Counted from the first letter of the stretch, positions 42,863 to 53,191 are shown. The stretch: 64,000 nt of DNA from Bacilli bacterium (GCA_024408085.1 JAKSVH010000006.1:4740-68739); one strand, 5' to 3'. The notes: a model not told the origin generated them from the letters alone. Program-made: numbers and translations.

Positions 42863-44121
42863 TGATTACATTATTAAAAAATGCTCGAATCCTTACCATG
42901 AAGGACGATAATGTTTTTCGTGGTGATTTATTAGTTAAAGATAACAAAATCGAATACATCGGACCAGATTATACAGGCGAGGCTCCAGATCGAATTATTG
43001 ATTGTGAAGGCAACCTTTTAATGCCTGGTTTTAAAGATGCACATGCACATACTGCAATGGTATTTGCACGTAGTGCAGCAGATGATTTACCACTTGATGA
43101 GTGGTTACACACAACAATTTTCCCAATGGAAGCAAGATTTGAAGATGATGACATCTATCATTTAACAAAGCTTGGTATTCTCGAATATTTAACCTCAGGT
43201 ATTACTGCAGCGTTTGATATGTACTTCCATGTTCCTGAAATTGTTAGAGCAAGCGAAGAGATGGGATTTAGATCAGTTATTCTTGCTACAAGTGATCAAG
43301 AACCAATCTCATTGCTTAGAGAACGCTATTTAAGCATTAACAAACCAGATGCATTGTGTTCTTACTTCTTAGGCATTCACGCTGAATATACTTGTGCTGA
43401 GCCAAGAATTAAAGATGTTGTAAAACTTGCTCACGAATTAAAAGCACCAATCTATTTACACGTTGGTGAAACCGAAAAAGAAGTTAAGGGTTGTGTTGAA
43501 AGACACGGCATGACCCCAGTTAAATTCTTAGATTCGCTTGGATTCTTTGATTATGGTGGCGGTGGTTTCCATTGCAACTACTTTACTGATGAAGAAGTTG
43601 AAATTTTCAAGAAACATAACTGCTATGTTGTGACTTGTCCATGCTCAAATCTTAAACTTGCATCAGGTATTGCTCCACTTGCAAGATACCAAAAAGCAGG
43701 CTTAAAAATTGCAATAGGTACCGATGGAGCAGCTTCAAACAACGCTTTAGATATGTTTAGAGAAATGTATTTAGTCTCTACACTTCAAAAGGTTACAAAC
43801 CACAATCCAGCAGTCATGGATGGCTTTGATGTTTTGAAGATGGCAACCGTAAATGGTGCCCATGCATTAGGTTTAAATGATGCTGATGTACTAGAAGTTG
43901 GCAAAAAAGCCGACATCATTATGATTGATTTACAAAATCCAGCAATGCAACCACTTAATAACATTGTGAAGAATGTTGTTTACTCTGGTAGCAAGGATTG
44001 CGTTAAGATGACAATGATTAATGGTAAGGTTTTGTATTACAACCATGAATTCTTTGTTGGTGAAGAAGTTAAAGATATTTACGCTAAAGCTACTGAAATT
44101 ACAGAAAGACTTAAAGGATGA
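42862..44121 (+). CDS. Amidohydrolase-family deaminase (MtaD / chlorohydrolase-like)
   Basis: The start was trimmed to ATG 42862. The sequence begins MITLLKNARILTM, carries the metal motif LMPGFKDAHAHT and has HAEY, HVGET and GTDGAASNN motifs. Confidence 0.7.
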   Translation: MITLLKNARILTMKDDNVFRGDLLVKDNKIEYIGPDYTGEAPDRIIDCEGNLLMPGFKDAHAHTAMVFARSAADDLPLDEWLHTTIFPMEARFEDDDIYHLTKLGILEYLTSGITAAFDMYFHVPEIVRASEEMGFRSVILATSDQEPISLLRERYLSINKPDALCSYFLGIHAEYTCAEPRIKDVVKLAHELKAPIYLHVGETEKEVKGCVERHGMTPVKFLDSLGFFDYGGGGFHCNYFTDEEVEIFKKHNCYVVTCPCSNLKLASGIAPLARYQKAGLKIAIGTDGAASNNALDMFREMYLVSTLQKVTNHNPAVMDGFDVLKMATVNGAHALGLNDADVLEVGKKADIIMIDLQNPAMQPLNNIVKNVVYSGSKDCVKMTMINGKVLYYNHEFFVGEEVKDIYAKATEITERLKG

Positions 44122-44513
44122 AAAATAAAAAGGGATCTTGGCTATTAATATTAGGCTTTACTATTTTAGGCCTAGGCGTTGCAGCATTAATTGCCGCTAT
44201 TGTTTTTGAATTACTTGGAAATGATTCAATGTTTAAAACAATGGGCATTATTGTTGCTATTGCAGGTCCTGTTGCTATTCTTTTATTAATATTTAAACTG
44301 ATTTTCTATGGTGGTGCACCTTCTCCGGAACCAAAAGTTCCAGAAGTTAAAACTTATCAATACAATAAGAAAACAGTGCCAATTGTAGATGTAAAAGAGT
44401 TTAAAAAGTCACAAGATGAGATAATGTATGAGAAATACGTTGATCTCTATAATAAGAAAATAATTTCCAAAGAAGATCTTGATAAGAAACGTAAAGAACT
44501 TCTTGGTAAGTAA
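44118..44513 (+). CDS. Membrane protein with C-terminal SHOCT-like domain
   Basis: It has an ATGA overlap, two TM segments and the C-terminal sequence KIISKEDLDKKRKELLGK. Confidence 0.5.
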   Translation: MKNKKGSWLLILGFTILGLGVAALIAAIVFELLGNDSMFKTMGIIVAIAGPVAILLLIFKLIFYGGAPSPEPKVPEVKTYQYNKKTVPIVDVKEFKKSQDEIMYEKYVDLYNKKIISKEDLDKKRKELLGK

Positions 44514-44538
44514 AAAAAGACCACCATTCGGTGGTTTT
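44511..44538. terminator. Bidirectional terminator
   Basis: AAAAAAAGACCACC-ATTC-GGTGGTTTTT. Confidence 0.7.
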
Positions 44539-44542
44539 TAAT

Positions 44543-45586
44543 TTATAATTTGTAACTAACCTGTGGTAGGTAAGTATCTAAGAACGCATCAATAATCGGT
44601 TCGTAATACTTAACTGCTTTATCCTTATCCCAGCTTATCCATTTGCCGTTATCTGATACATCTGATGCTGGAAGTTCCATTCCTTCAAGAACTTTAGTTT
44701 GGACGTTTGCTAAGTAATCAAATTTTTCTAATCTATCTTGATCATAGTAGGAGTTAGTGATTACATATTTTCCGTTAACTTTACTTACTTCATCATTAAA
44801 TGCGACTGCGCCTGATAAGTAGTTGCCTTTCTTAACGAATGAGAAGAACGGGAACACGCCATCATCATAACCATATTCAGGGTTGTTGCAATGTGAAAGA
44901 CCATAATTGTTCTTCTTAGCTTGATATTCAACATTATCCAAATCATCTTTCCACCATTGGCAATCAATGACATAAATATTATTCATATCTGGGTGCTTTT
45001 TAACGTAATTAGCAAGGACTGTTGGGTTTAAATATGTGCAATCTCCACATCCGGATCTCTCAAAATAGATGATAGCGCCATTTTCAGTAACCTCACCATA
45101 ATCTCCTTCATTAATGAAGTAGGCTTTAGGAAGTTTGACATTGCCTTCCATAAATTTGTAGAAAGCTGCTTTATCCTTCATTGTTTTATCTTCAACAGTT
45201 GATTTGAGCTGAATTTTTGCCTCGCCTTTTTCAAAAATAATAAATTTAGTGGTGCCTTTTGTTAATTCGATTCCATATTTTGAAGCGTAATCAGCAAAAT
45301 ACTTATATGTTAAGAAGAAACAATCAACGTGGTTATCTTTTACGTATGCATTAATAATTGGTCTAAAGTCGCTCCAGCAAGCGCAAGTGGTGTCTGAAAC
45401 AACCAAAAGAAATGATTCTTTGCTTTCAACCTTTCTATCTAATTCAACAACAGTGAATTTTTCTTCAACTGCAGTAGCATGAATATTTCCAAAACTTAAT
45501 TGGATTTTGCTGTCATTTCCGCAACCGGAAAGAAGGCACGCATTTAAGCATACAAATGGTAGTAAAATTCTGCCTAGTTTTTTCAT
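44543..45586 (-). CDS. Lipoprotein with two thioredoxin-like Cys motifs
   Basis: Lipobox is CLLSGCG. FLLVVSDTTCACWSDF and IIYFERSGCGDCTYLNP resemble tandem thioredoxin-fold active-site regions. Confidence 0.45.
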   Translation of the reverse strand: MKKLGRILLPFVCLNACLLSGCGNDSKIQLSFGNIHATAVEEKFTVVELDRKVESKESFLLVVSDTTCACWSDFRPIINAYVKDNHVDCFFLTYKYFADYASKYGIELTKGTTKFIIFEKGEAKIQLKSTVEDKTMKDKAAFYKFMEGNVKLPKAYFINEGDYGEVTENGAIIYFERSGCGDCTYLNPTVLANYVKKHPDMNNIYVIDCQWWKDDLDNVEYQAKKNNYGLSHCNNPEYGYDDGVFPFFSFVKKGNYLSGAVAFNDEVSKVNGKYVITNSYYDQDRLEKFDYLANVQTKVLEGMELPASDVSDNGKWISWDKDKAVKYYEPIIDAFLDTYLPQVSYKL

Positions 45587-45801
45587 CGCAAAATATTATA
45601 CTTTTTTTGCCAACTTTTCTCAACTAAGAAAATTTAACAATATAAGGGGGGAATACTAGTATTACCCCCTAGATATTAGCGATGTAAAAAAGTTAAAAAT
45701 TTTATTGCAAATTTTATTGCATTTCTATATTCTTTTTCTCGACTTAATTTTTAGTTAAGTGTCATTCCGTTATTTATTGTGGTGGTTATGGAGGGTAGCT
45801 T

Positions 45802-47310
45802 ATGGCGTCCGAAGAAGTAATTATTTCTTTAAGTAATGTCGTGAAATCATTCGGCGATTTTCATGCCGTCGATAATTTTTCGCTCGACATTAAAAAGGGC
45901 CAATTTGTAACAATTCTTGGTCCTTCTGGTTGTGGTAAAACTACAACCTTACGAATGATTGGAGGTTTTGAACTTCCAACTGGCGGAACAATTCTTTTAA
46001 ATGGTGAAGATATCACAAAACTTCCACCTTATAAAAGACCAATTAACACCGTATTTCAAAGATACGCATTGTTCCCACACTTAGACGTTTATGATAACGT
46101 CGCATTTGGCCTTAAATTTAAAAAGGTCCCAGTTAAATGTACTAATAGAAAAGGTGAAGAAGTAATCAAAATGAAGCATTACAAAGCTTCTCAAATTGAT
46201 GAAATGGTTACAAAAGCACTTCAAGTTGTTGATCTTGATGAACTTGAAGACAGAGATGTCTCAACACTTTCAGGAGGACAACAACAAAGAGTTGCTATTG
46301 CACGTTGTATTATTAATAAACCAGAAATCCTTTTGCTCGATGAACCATTAGGTGCTCTTGACTTAAAGATGAGAAAAGACATGCAAATTGAATTAAAGGA
46401 AATGCACAAGAAACTTGGCATTACCTTTATTTATGTCACTCACGATCAAGAAGAAGCACTTACTATGTCCGACGTAATTGTCGTTATGAACCATGGTGTT
46501 GTTCAACAAATTGGCACACCAGAACAAATTTATAATGAACCAGCTAATGCTTTCGTTGCAGACTTTATTGGCGAATCCAACTTATTCAATGGAATTATGG
46601 TTGGAAATAAGAAAGTCAAATTCCTCGGCCAAGAATGGCTTTGTGAAGATGATTTCCCGCTTGATGAACGTGTTGATGTTGTCGTTAGACCAGAAGACGT
46701 TATTCTTTCAGAAGTTAACGAAAAATTTAAGATTTTTGGTCAAGTTACATCAAAAGTTTTCAAAGGCGTTCACTATGAATACTTAATTCAAATTGGCAAA
46801 AACGAAATTCTTGCAAAATCAACAAAGAATTACGATGACAAAGAACTCGCTATTGCCTTAATTCCAGATGGTATTCATATTATGAAAAAACCAGATTTAA
46901 ATAACATTTTCACTGGCTGTGAAGTTCAAAAAGATAACACAATTGAACTTGCAGGTGGTTATCTTGAAGCTGATTTAACAAAATTACTTCCAGGTTCAAA
47001 ACTTGATGAAGATGGTTATTTAGTCAAAGGTGATAAAAAATATGACCTTTATGGTGCTAAATTAACAGTCGAAATTGATAAGACAAAAATCGATATTTAT
47101 GACAACGAAGAAGGTCAAATCAAGGGAACTGTTGTTTCCTCAATTTATAAAGGCGATCACTACGCTATTATTGTAAGAAGCGAAGATGATGAAGAATTCA
47201 TCATTGATACAAACTACGAATTTAATGGTGGTGAAATTGTTTCCTTACTTATTAAAAAAGAAGATGTTTCTATTAGATTAAAAGGAGACATTGACGAATA
47301 TGAAATTTAG
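45802..47310 (+). CDS. potA: Spermidine/putrescine ABC transporter ATP-binding protein, with about 130-aa C-terminal extension
   Basis: GGAGGG RBS is present. Motifs are Walker A GPSGCGKTT, signature LSGGQQQRV and Walker B LLLDEPL. A TOBE-like region is followed by an extra domain, for a total of 502 aa. Confidence 0.8.
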   Translation: MASEEVIISLSNVVKSFGDFHAVDNFSLDIKKGQFVTILGPSGCGKTTTLRMIGGFELPTGGTILLNGEDITKLPPYKRPINTVFQRYALFPHLDVYDNVAFGLKFKKVPVKCTNRKGEEVIKMKHYKASQIDEMVTKALQVVDLDELEDRDVSTLSGGQQQRVAIARCIINKPEILLLDEPLGALDLKMRKDMQIELKEMHKKLGITFIYVTHDQEEALTMSDVIVVMNHGVVQQIGTPEQIYNEPANAFVADFIGESNLFNGIMVGNKKVKFLGQEWLCEDDFPLDERVDVVVRPEDVILSEVNEKFKIFGQVTSKVFKGVHYEYLIQIGKNEILAKSTKNYDDKELAIALIPDGIHIMKKPDLNNIFTGCEVQKDNTIELAGGYLEADLTKLLPGSKLDEDGYLVKGDKKYDLYGAKLTVEIDKTKIDIYDNEEGQIKGTVVSSIYKGDHYAIIVRSEDDEEFIIDTNYEFNGGEIVSLLIKKEDVSIRLKGDIDEYEI

Positions 47311-48091
47311 GTTCCAAAGAAAATATTTCTCGATACCTTACATCATATTCATGGCGCTTTTCATTATTGTGCCAATGTTTTTCATTGCATTTTATGCATT
47401 TACGGATTCTAGTGGAGCATTCTCGTTTGAAGCAGCAAGGAAGTTCTTCACTGATCCTGCTAAATTCCAAGTTATACTGGTATCGCTTTTCATAGCAATC
47501 CAGACAACATTAATCTGCTTAGTTATTGGTTATCCAATCGCATACATCCTTGCAAAAAAGGAGTATAACCACAATGTTGTCTTAATTATGTTATTTATTA
47601 TGCCTATGTGGATTAACTTTGTTCTCAGAACAGCTGCCACACGTGACATTTTATTCGCGATTGGCCTTACAGGTGGAAGCCATCCATACGCTGCAACGCT
47701 TATTGGTATGGTTTATAACTATTTACCGTTTGTTATTCTTCCACTTTATTCAACAATGCTTAAACTTGATAGATCACAAATGGAAGCTGCTGCTGACCTT
47801 GGTGCATCTCCAGTTCAAGTATTCTTTAAAAATACAATTCCTCAATCAATGCCAGGAATTATCTCTGCAATTACAATGACTTTGATGCCTGTTATGTCAT
47901 CATATGTCATTTCTGATGCACTTTCTGAAGGAAACATTACACTTATTGGTAACTCAATTTATTTGAGCTTTGCTAACTCACAATGGAATAATGGTTCCTT
48001 TACAGCATTATTGTTATTAATTCTTGTTTTACTCACCATGTGGGGCACCAATGGCCGTAAAACAGAGGAAGTGAGGGGTGGCTTATGGTAA
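47300..48091 (+). CDS. potB: Spermidine/putrescine ABC transporter permease
   Basis: The ATG at 47300 follows a GGAG RBS. The EAA loop is MEAAADLGASPVQVFFKNTIPQSMPG. Confidence 0.8.
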   Translation: MKFRFQRKYFSIPYIIFMALFIIVPMFFIAFYAFTDSSGAFSFEAARKFFTDPAKFQVILVSLFIAIQTTLICLVIGYPIAYILAKKEYNHNVVLIMLFIMPMWINFVLRTAATRDILFAIGLTGGSHPYAATLIGMVYNYLPFVILPLYSTMLKLDRSQMEAAADLGASPVQVFFKNTIPQSMPGIISAITMTLMPVMSSYVISDALSEGNITLIGNSIYLSFANSQWNNGSFTALLLLILVLLTMWGTNGRKTEEVRGGLW

Positions 48092-48942
48092 AGAAAATCC
48101 TCTCAAAAACATACATTTATTTAGTTTTACTTTTAATGTATCTTCCTATTTTAGTTTTAATTGCATTCTCGTTTTCTGGAGTTACCTCTATTGGTGATAC
48201 TGTTGCAGAGGGAGAAAGCTGGTTCTCAACAATCTATTGGCAAAACTTATTTAGTGATACAAAGATTGCAGGAGAAATTTGGACTGCACTCGGAAATACA
48301 TTAATTGTTGCAGTTGTTTCAGCAATTGTTGCAACTATTTTAGGCACATTGGGTGCCATCGGTGCATTCTATTCTAGAAAGAAAGCTCAAAAAGCAATTG
48401 AAGTAACGACTCAGATTCCAGTTTCTAATCCAGAAATTGTTATTGCACTTTCATTAGTTGTTATGTTTGTTGCTATTGGCATTGAATTTAACTTCTGGAC
48501 CTTACTTGTTGGTCACGTAATCCTTGGATTACCATTTGTCTATTTGTCAGTTAGACCTAAATTACAACAAATGGATCCACACCTTTATGAAGCGGCACTT
48601 GATTTAGGTGCAACTCCAAGACAAGGTTTATTTAAAGTTATTATTCCAGAAATTATGCCTGGTATCTTATCAGGATTCTTACTTTCAATTACATTGTCAT
48701 TAGATGACTTTATTGTTACCGCATTTACACGTGGTGCAGGATTACTCTCTGGAGACAAAACAATTGAAACATTATCAACTTTGATACAATCAAAGCTTAA
48801 AAAAGGACCTATTCCACCAGAAATGCGTCCATTAACACTCATTATTTTCCTTGCAGTTCTTGCTGTCGCTATCGGCGTTACAGTTTATAAGAACAAACAA
48901 GCTAATGCCGTAAGAGTGAGAAAGGGGAGAGCAAATGTCTAA
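48085..48942 (+). CDS. potC: Spermidine/putrescine ABC transporter permease
   Basis: The EAA loop is YEAALDLGATPRQGLFKVIIPEIMPG. Confidence 0.8.
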   Translation: MVKKILSKTYIYLVLLLMYLPILVLIAFSFSGVTSIGDTVAEGESWFSTIYWQNLFSDTKIAGEIWTALGNTLIVAVVSAIVATILGTLGAIGAFYSRKKAQKAIEVTTQIPVSNPEIVIALSLVVMFVAIGIEFNFWTLLVGHVILGLPFVYLSVRPKLQQMDPHLYEAALDLGATPRQGLFKVIIPEIMPGILSGFLLSITLSLDDFIVTAFTRGAGLLSGDKTIETLSTLIQSKLKKGPIPPEMRPLTLIIFLAVLAVAIGVTVYKNKQANAVRVRKGRANV

Positions 48943-50770
48943 GATTAGAAAAATTACTCCATTTTTACCAGTTGCTCTTTTTGCAGTAGCTGCCCTTTCT
49001 GGATGCTCTAATGATTCTGGTTCAAAGAGAGTTCTCAGAGTATTAAACTCTGAAGACTACATCTATGAATGCGAACAAAATGAGTACTGGTGTGATGAAT
49101 GTGAAGACTATATCGATGAAAAATTAGTCAAGGAAACCGAAGTTGATGGCGAAGTAGTTCATTACCATGTTGTAAACGAAACTCACCAAGTCGAATTCGA
49201 TGAAGAAGAGTCTGTTTGGTATTGCGATGAATGTGAAGATGAAGTAGACGAGGCTGACGTTAAAGAAGGCCAAGATGAAGCTGGTTCATTCAATTATCAC
49301 AATGCTGAAGTAGAACATGAAGTCTACATGGACATGGATATGATTGATCAATTTGCCGAATACTGGGCCGATACTCATGACGGTGAAGAAATTAAAGTTA
49401 TCTACGATACATTCGATACAAATGAAACAATGTTCAATGAACTTAAGACCGGAAAGACTACATACGATATTTGTATTCCTTCTGATTATATGATTCAAAA
49501 GTTATACGCTAACGACATGCTTCATAAGTTTGTTATTAGAGATGAAATTTGGGAAAACATTTCACCATTTATTGAGTCAACTTATAAAAAGATTGAAGCG
49601 ACAAACATGAATGATAATGTCACAGCTTCAATGAAAGATTACTCAGTTCCATACATGTGGGGCACAATGGGTGTAATGTATAACCCAAGTTACTATGTAA
49701 ATAACAAAGGTGTTACTGAAGACGAAATTCATGAATTGATGAATGATTGGAATTCACTTTATGGCGAAGTCTTGCAAGGTTCATTCTCAATCAAGGATTC
49801 TGTACGTGATACATTCGCAGTTTCATTAATCCATACTTATGCTGAAGAAATTGCAAATACTACCGATCATGATGAATTAACTGCAATTTTCAATCGTCAT
49901 GAAGATAAGACTTTTGAAGAAGTTAAGGTAGACATGAATAAGCTAAAAGAAAATGCTTTTGGTTTTGAAACAGACTCAGGTAAAACTGATATGACCACTC
50001 AAAAGATTGGTGCTAACATGTGTTGGAGTGGTGATGCAACCTGGGCAATTACTGAAGCTAGAGACAATGATTTAGAGCTTTATTACACAATTCCAACCAG
50101 CTACAAAGGTGAGGAAGATGCGAGTGCTTCTAACTTATGGTTTGACTGCTTCTGTATGCCTAAAAACGCTAAAGACGAAGCAAATCAAACCGTAGAAGAG
50201 ATGGCGCAATACGAATTAGCAGAAGAATTTATTAAGTTTATGTGCATGCCAGAAAACGCAATGCAAAACTGTGATTATGTTGGCTATACACCAGCAACTG
50301 GTGGCGATGCAATGCTTGATTACATGTATTGCTGCTATGACGTTCGTGGTGAAGTTGGTGCAGAATTCATCTATGATGAAGAAACAGGTGAAGAAATCCC
50401 TGTTGAAGACTTAGTTGAAGGTGAAGATTACATTCTTTATGACTTAAGTTATTTCTATGATGGCTCACTTAGTGAGGAATACGTTGATTCGGATGCTGCA
50501 GTTTTATATGCTGATCCAGATTACGTTGGTAGAGAATTAAGTGCTCAATATCCATTAGTTGAAACGCTTGATAGATGTGCAATTATGAATGATATGGGCA
50601 ATGTTGCGACTGGAAAACTTCTCGATATGTGGGAATCAGTTCGTACTAATAAACTTCCAACTTGGGGCATTGTGGTAATTTCTATTGAAGTTGCAGCAGC
50701 CTTAGGATTAGTTGCTTACTTTGTAACTAAAAAAGTAACAAGAAAGAAACTTAAAAAAGGACGTATTTAA
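48935..50770 (+). CDS. potD: PotD-like polyamine-binding lipoprotein with acidic Cys/His-containing insert and C-terminal TM anchor
   Basis: Lipobox is ALSGCS. The PotD-like core includes VLNSEDYI...IKVIYDTFDTNETMFNELKTG..YDICIPSDYMIQKL and YMWGTMG. A duplicated W.CDECED...YH module spans aa 44-130. The C-terminus is WGIVVISIEVAAALGLVAYFV followed by KK-rich residues. Confidence 0.7.
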   Translation: MSKIRKITPFLPVALFAVAALSGCSNDSGSKRVLRVLNSEDYIYECEQNEYWCDECEDYIDEKLVKETEVDGEVVHYHVVNETHQVEFDEEESVWYCDECEDEVDEADVKEGQDEAGSFNYHNAEVEHEVYMDMDMIDQFAEYWADTHDGEEIKVIYDTFDTNETMFNELKTGKTTYDICIPSDYMIQKLYANDMLHKFVIRDEIWENISPFIESTYKKIEATNMNDNVTASMKDYSVPYMWGTMGVMYNPSYYVNNKGVTEDEIHELMNDWNSLYGEVLQGSFSIKDSVRDTFAVSLIHTYAEEIANTTDHDELTAIFNRHEDKTFEEVKVDMNKLKENAFGFETDSGKTDMTTQKIGANMCWSGDATWAITEARDNDLELYYTIPTSYKGEEDASASNLWFDCFCMPKNAKDEANQTVEEMAQYELAEEFIKFMCMPENAMQNCDYVGYTPATGGDAMLDYMYCCYDVRGEVGAEFIYDEETGEEIPVEDLVEGEDYILYDLSYFYDGSLSEEYVDSDAAVLYADPDYVGRELSAQYPLVETLDRCAIMNDMGNVATGKLLDMWESVRTNKLPTWGIVVISIEVAAALGLVAYFVTKKVTRKKLKKGRI

Positions 50771-50828
50771 TAATAATTTGAAAGAGTGAGTTATCTCGCT
50801 CTTTCTTTTTGTTGTATAATGTAAATGT

Positions 50829-51770
50829 ATGTGGGCATTTTTAATTGTTTCTACACTTGCTTGGGGTATTGCTGAGATTTTCTATAAAAAAGGAAATCTT
50901 CAACACGAAAAGTATTCTCACTTAAAGACTACAGTTTATGTTGGTCTTTTTATGGGCATTTATGCTTTAATCATACTTTTTACCCAAGGTGTAGATTTAA
51001 AGGCTTTTCCGCTTAATTTTGTTCGTTATTTACCAGTTGCAGCATGCTACATTCTTTCAATGGTTCTTTCATACTTTGGAGTTAGATTTATTGAAGAATC
51101 TATTGCTGACCCGATTGAAAATACATCGTGTGCTATTGTTCCTATTTTGTGTGCAATATTTTTGAAAGAAACACTAAAATTACCAGTCATTATTGGTATT
51201 GTTTTAGTAGTGGCTGGTTTAGTATGTGTTAGTGTTTTTGATAAAAAAGGAAAGAACGATAGAACTGCAAAATTAGGAAAGAAATTAGCGATTATTGCTA
51301 TTGCAATGCCTTTCTGTTATATGCTTTTAGATGCAGTTGGAACATTCCTTGATATTTACTACACAGAAAGCGTTGAAACTACATTCTTAGTAAACGTTAC
51401 TGAAGCAAATATTGAGCACACAGCAAACTGTGCTTACGAATTAACATTTTTCTTGGTAGCAGTGGGAATAGCGATTTTTTTAAAAGCTAAAGGCGAGAAT
51501 ATTTTTGTTCCTAAAAAAGATGAAGAAAAAGTTACCAAACAAAGCAAAATTTATAAAGCGCTCGCAGCTTTATTTGAAACCATCGGTCAAGCAACTTATT
51601 TATTCGCTTTATCAGAAGGATCTGGTGTTGCTGCAGTTATTATGGGTTCAGGCACAGTAGTTGTTTCGCTTATACTTTCTAGAATCTTTTTGAAAGAAAA
51701 ACTTTCAATCGTTCAGTATGTGTTTATAGCGATAATTCTTTGTGGAATTATTGTGCTTTCAGTGGTGTAA
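50829..51770 (+). CDS. EamA/DMT-superfamily transporter
   Basis: The 313-aa protein has about 10 TM segments in two repeated halves. Confidence 0.6.
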   Translation: MWAFLIVSTLAWGIAEIFYKKGNLQHEKYSHLKTTVYVGLFMGIYALIILFTQGVDLKAFPLNFVRYLPVAACYILSMVLSYFGVRFIEESIADPIENTSCAIVPILCAIFLKETLKLPVIIGIVLVVAGLVCVSVFDKKGKNDRTAKLGKKLAIIAIAMPFCYMLLDAVGTFLDIYYTESVETTFLVNVTEANIEHTANCAYELTFFLVAVGIAIFLKAKGENIFVPKKDEEKVTKQSKIYKALAALFETIGQATYLFALSEGSGVAAVIMGSGTVVVSLILSRIFLKEKLSIVQYVFIAIILCGIIVLSVV

Positions 51771-51857
51771 AAGTTATTAAAGGTTGATTAATACCTAGAA
51801 AAATAATACAATCTATGGGTATTTAATTCATAAAAATTAAAGTTAGGAGATATTATT

Positions 51858-52415
51858 ATGGCAATTGAAGCAGGCGATTTCAGAACAGGTCTTACAGTCA
51901 TGGTCGATGGTGATCCATGGGTTGTTTTAGACTTTATGCATGTTAAACCAGGTAAAGGTGCAGCTATCTTAAAAACAAAGATGAAAAACCTCAAAACCGG
52001 TTCAACACAAGAAAGAAACTTCAACGCATCAACAAAATTCGATGCAGCAGAAATTATTAGAAAACAAGTTCAATATTCATACAACACTGGCGATACCTAT
52101 GTCTTTATGGATATGGAATCATTCGAACAATTTGAACTCGATGCAGCAAAATTAGGAAACAACAAATACTTCTTAATTGATGGCATGGATGTCAACATTG
52201 TCTTCTTTGAAGGCAAAATCCTTGATGTTAACCTTCCAGATAAAGTTGAAATGGAAATTACAGAAACTGCACCTGCAGTATCAAATGCATCTGCAACAGC
52301 AACAAAAGACGCTGTTACAAATACAGGATTAAGATTACGCGTTCCAATGTTTATTAAGGAAGGCGAAAAAATCATCGTCTCAACATCAGACGGCAAATAT
52401 TCTTCAAGAGCTTAA
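51858..52415 (+). CDS. efp: Elongation factor P
   Basis: AGGAG RBS is present. The sequence begins MAIEAGDFRTGLTVMVDGDPWVVLDFMHVKPGKGAAILKTKMKNLKTG and the protein is 185 aa. Confidence 0.9.
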   Translation: MAIEAGDFRTGLTVMVDGDPWVVLDFMHVKPGKGAAILKTKMKNLKTGSTQERNFNASTKFDAAEIIRKQVQYSYNTGDTYVFMDMESFEQFELDAAKLGNNKYFLIDGMDVNIVFFEGKILDVNLPDKVEMEITETAPAVSNASATATKDAVTNTGLRLRVPMFIKEGEKIIVSTSDGKYSSRA

Positions 52416-52435
52416 TAAAAGCTCTTTTTTCTACT

Positions 52436-53176
52436 ATGAGAAAATTAGCATTAGTCACAGGTTGTGCAAAAGGAATCGGGGCAGCTATCGCAAGAGAACT
52501 TGCTGATGCTGGCTACGATGTAGTTGTAAACTACTTAACTTCTAGAAAAGAAGCAGAAGCACTAGTAAAAGAATTAACATCAAAAGGTGTTAGATCTTTC
52601 GCTTACCCATGTGATGTCTCAAACGAGAAAGATGTAGACGAAATGGTTTCAGAAATTGAAACTAGATTTGGCACTGTTGATATTTTAATCAATAATGCGG
52701 CAGTAGATCTTTCAAGTGTTTGGAATGAAAAAACTAGTGATGATTTTAGAAGAACTTTAGACGTAAATGTTATTGGAGCATACAACGTTGCAAGACGTGT
52801 TAAAAAGGGAATGACGGATAATAAGTGGGGTCGTATTGTAAATATTTCAAGCACAAACGGCATTAATACCTACTACCCAATATGCATTGAATACGATGCA
52901 TCTAAGGCGGCATTAATTTCATTAACACACAACTTAGCAATTGAATTTGCGCCTTACGTTAACGTTAACGCTGTAGCTCCAGGTTTTATTGGAACAGAAG
53001 CTGAATTAGAAGGTTATGATCCAGAATTTTTAACTTCTGAACAAGAAAAAATACTTGTAGGAAGATACGGAAAACCTGAAGAAGTAGCACACCTTGTAAA
53101 ATTCTTAGTTAGTGATGAAGCAAATTACATTAATAATTCAGTATTAAGAATAGATGGTGGCCAATACGGCGCTTAA
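52436..53176 (+). CDS. SDR-family oxidoreductase (FabG-like)
   Basis: Motifs are TGCAKGIGAAIA (TGxxxGIG), NNAA and the catalytic YxxxK (YDASKAA). Confidence 0.8.
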   Translation: MRKLALVTGCAKGIGAAIARELADAGYDVVVNYLTSRKEAEALVKELTSKGVRSFAYPCDVSNEKDVDEMVSEIETRFGTVDILINNAAVDLSSVWNEKTSDDFRRTLDVNVIGAYNVARRVKKGMTDNKWGRIVNISSTNGINTYYPICIEYDASKAALISLTHNLAIEFAPYVNVNAVAPGFIGTEAELEGYDPEFLTSEQEKILVGRYGKPEEVAHLVKFLVSDEANYINNSVLRIDGGQYGA

Positions 53177-53191
53177 GCTTAATACAGTATT

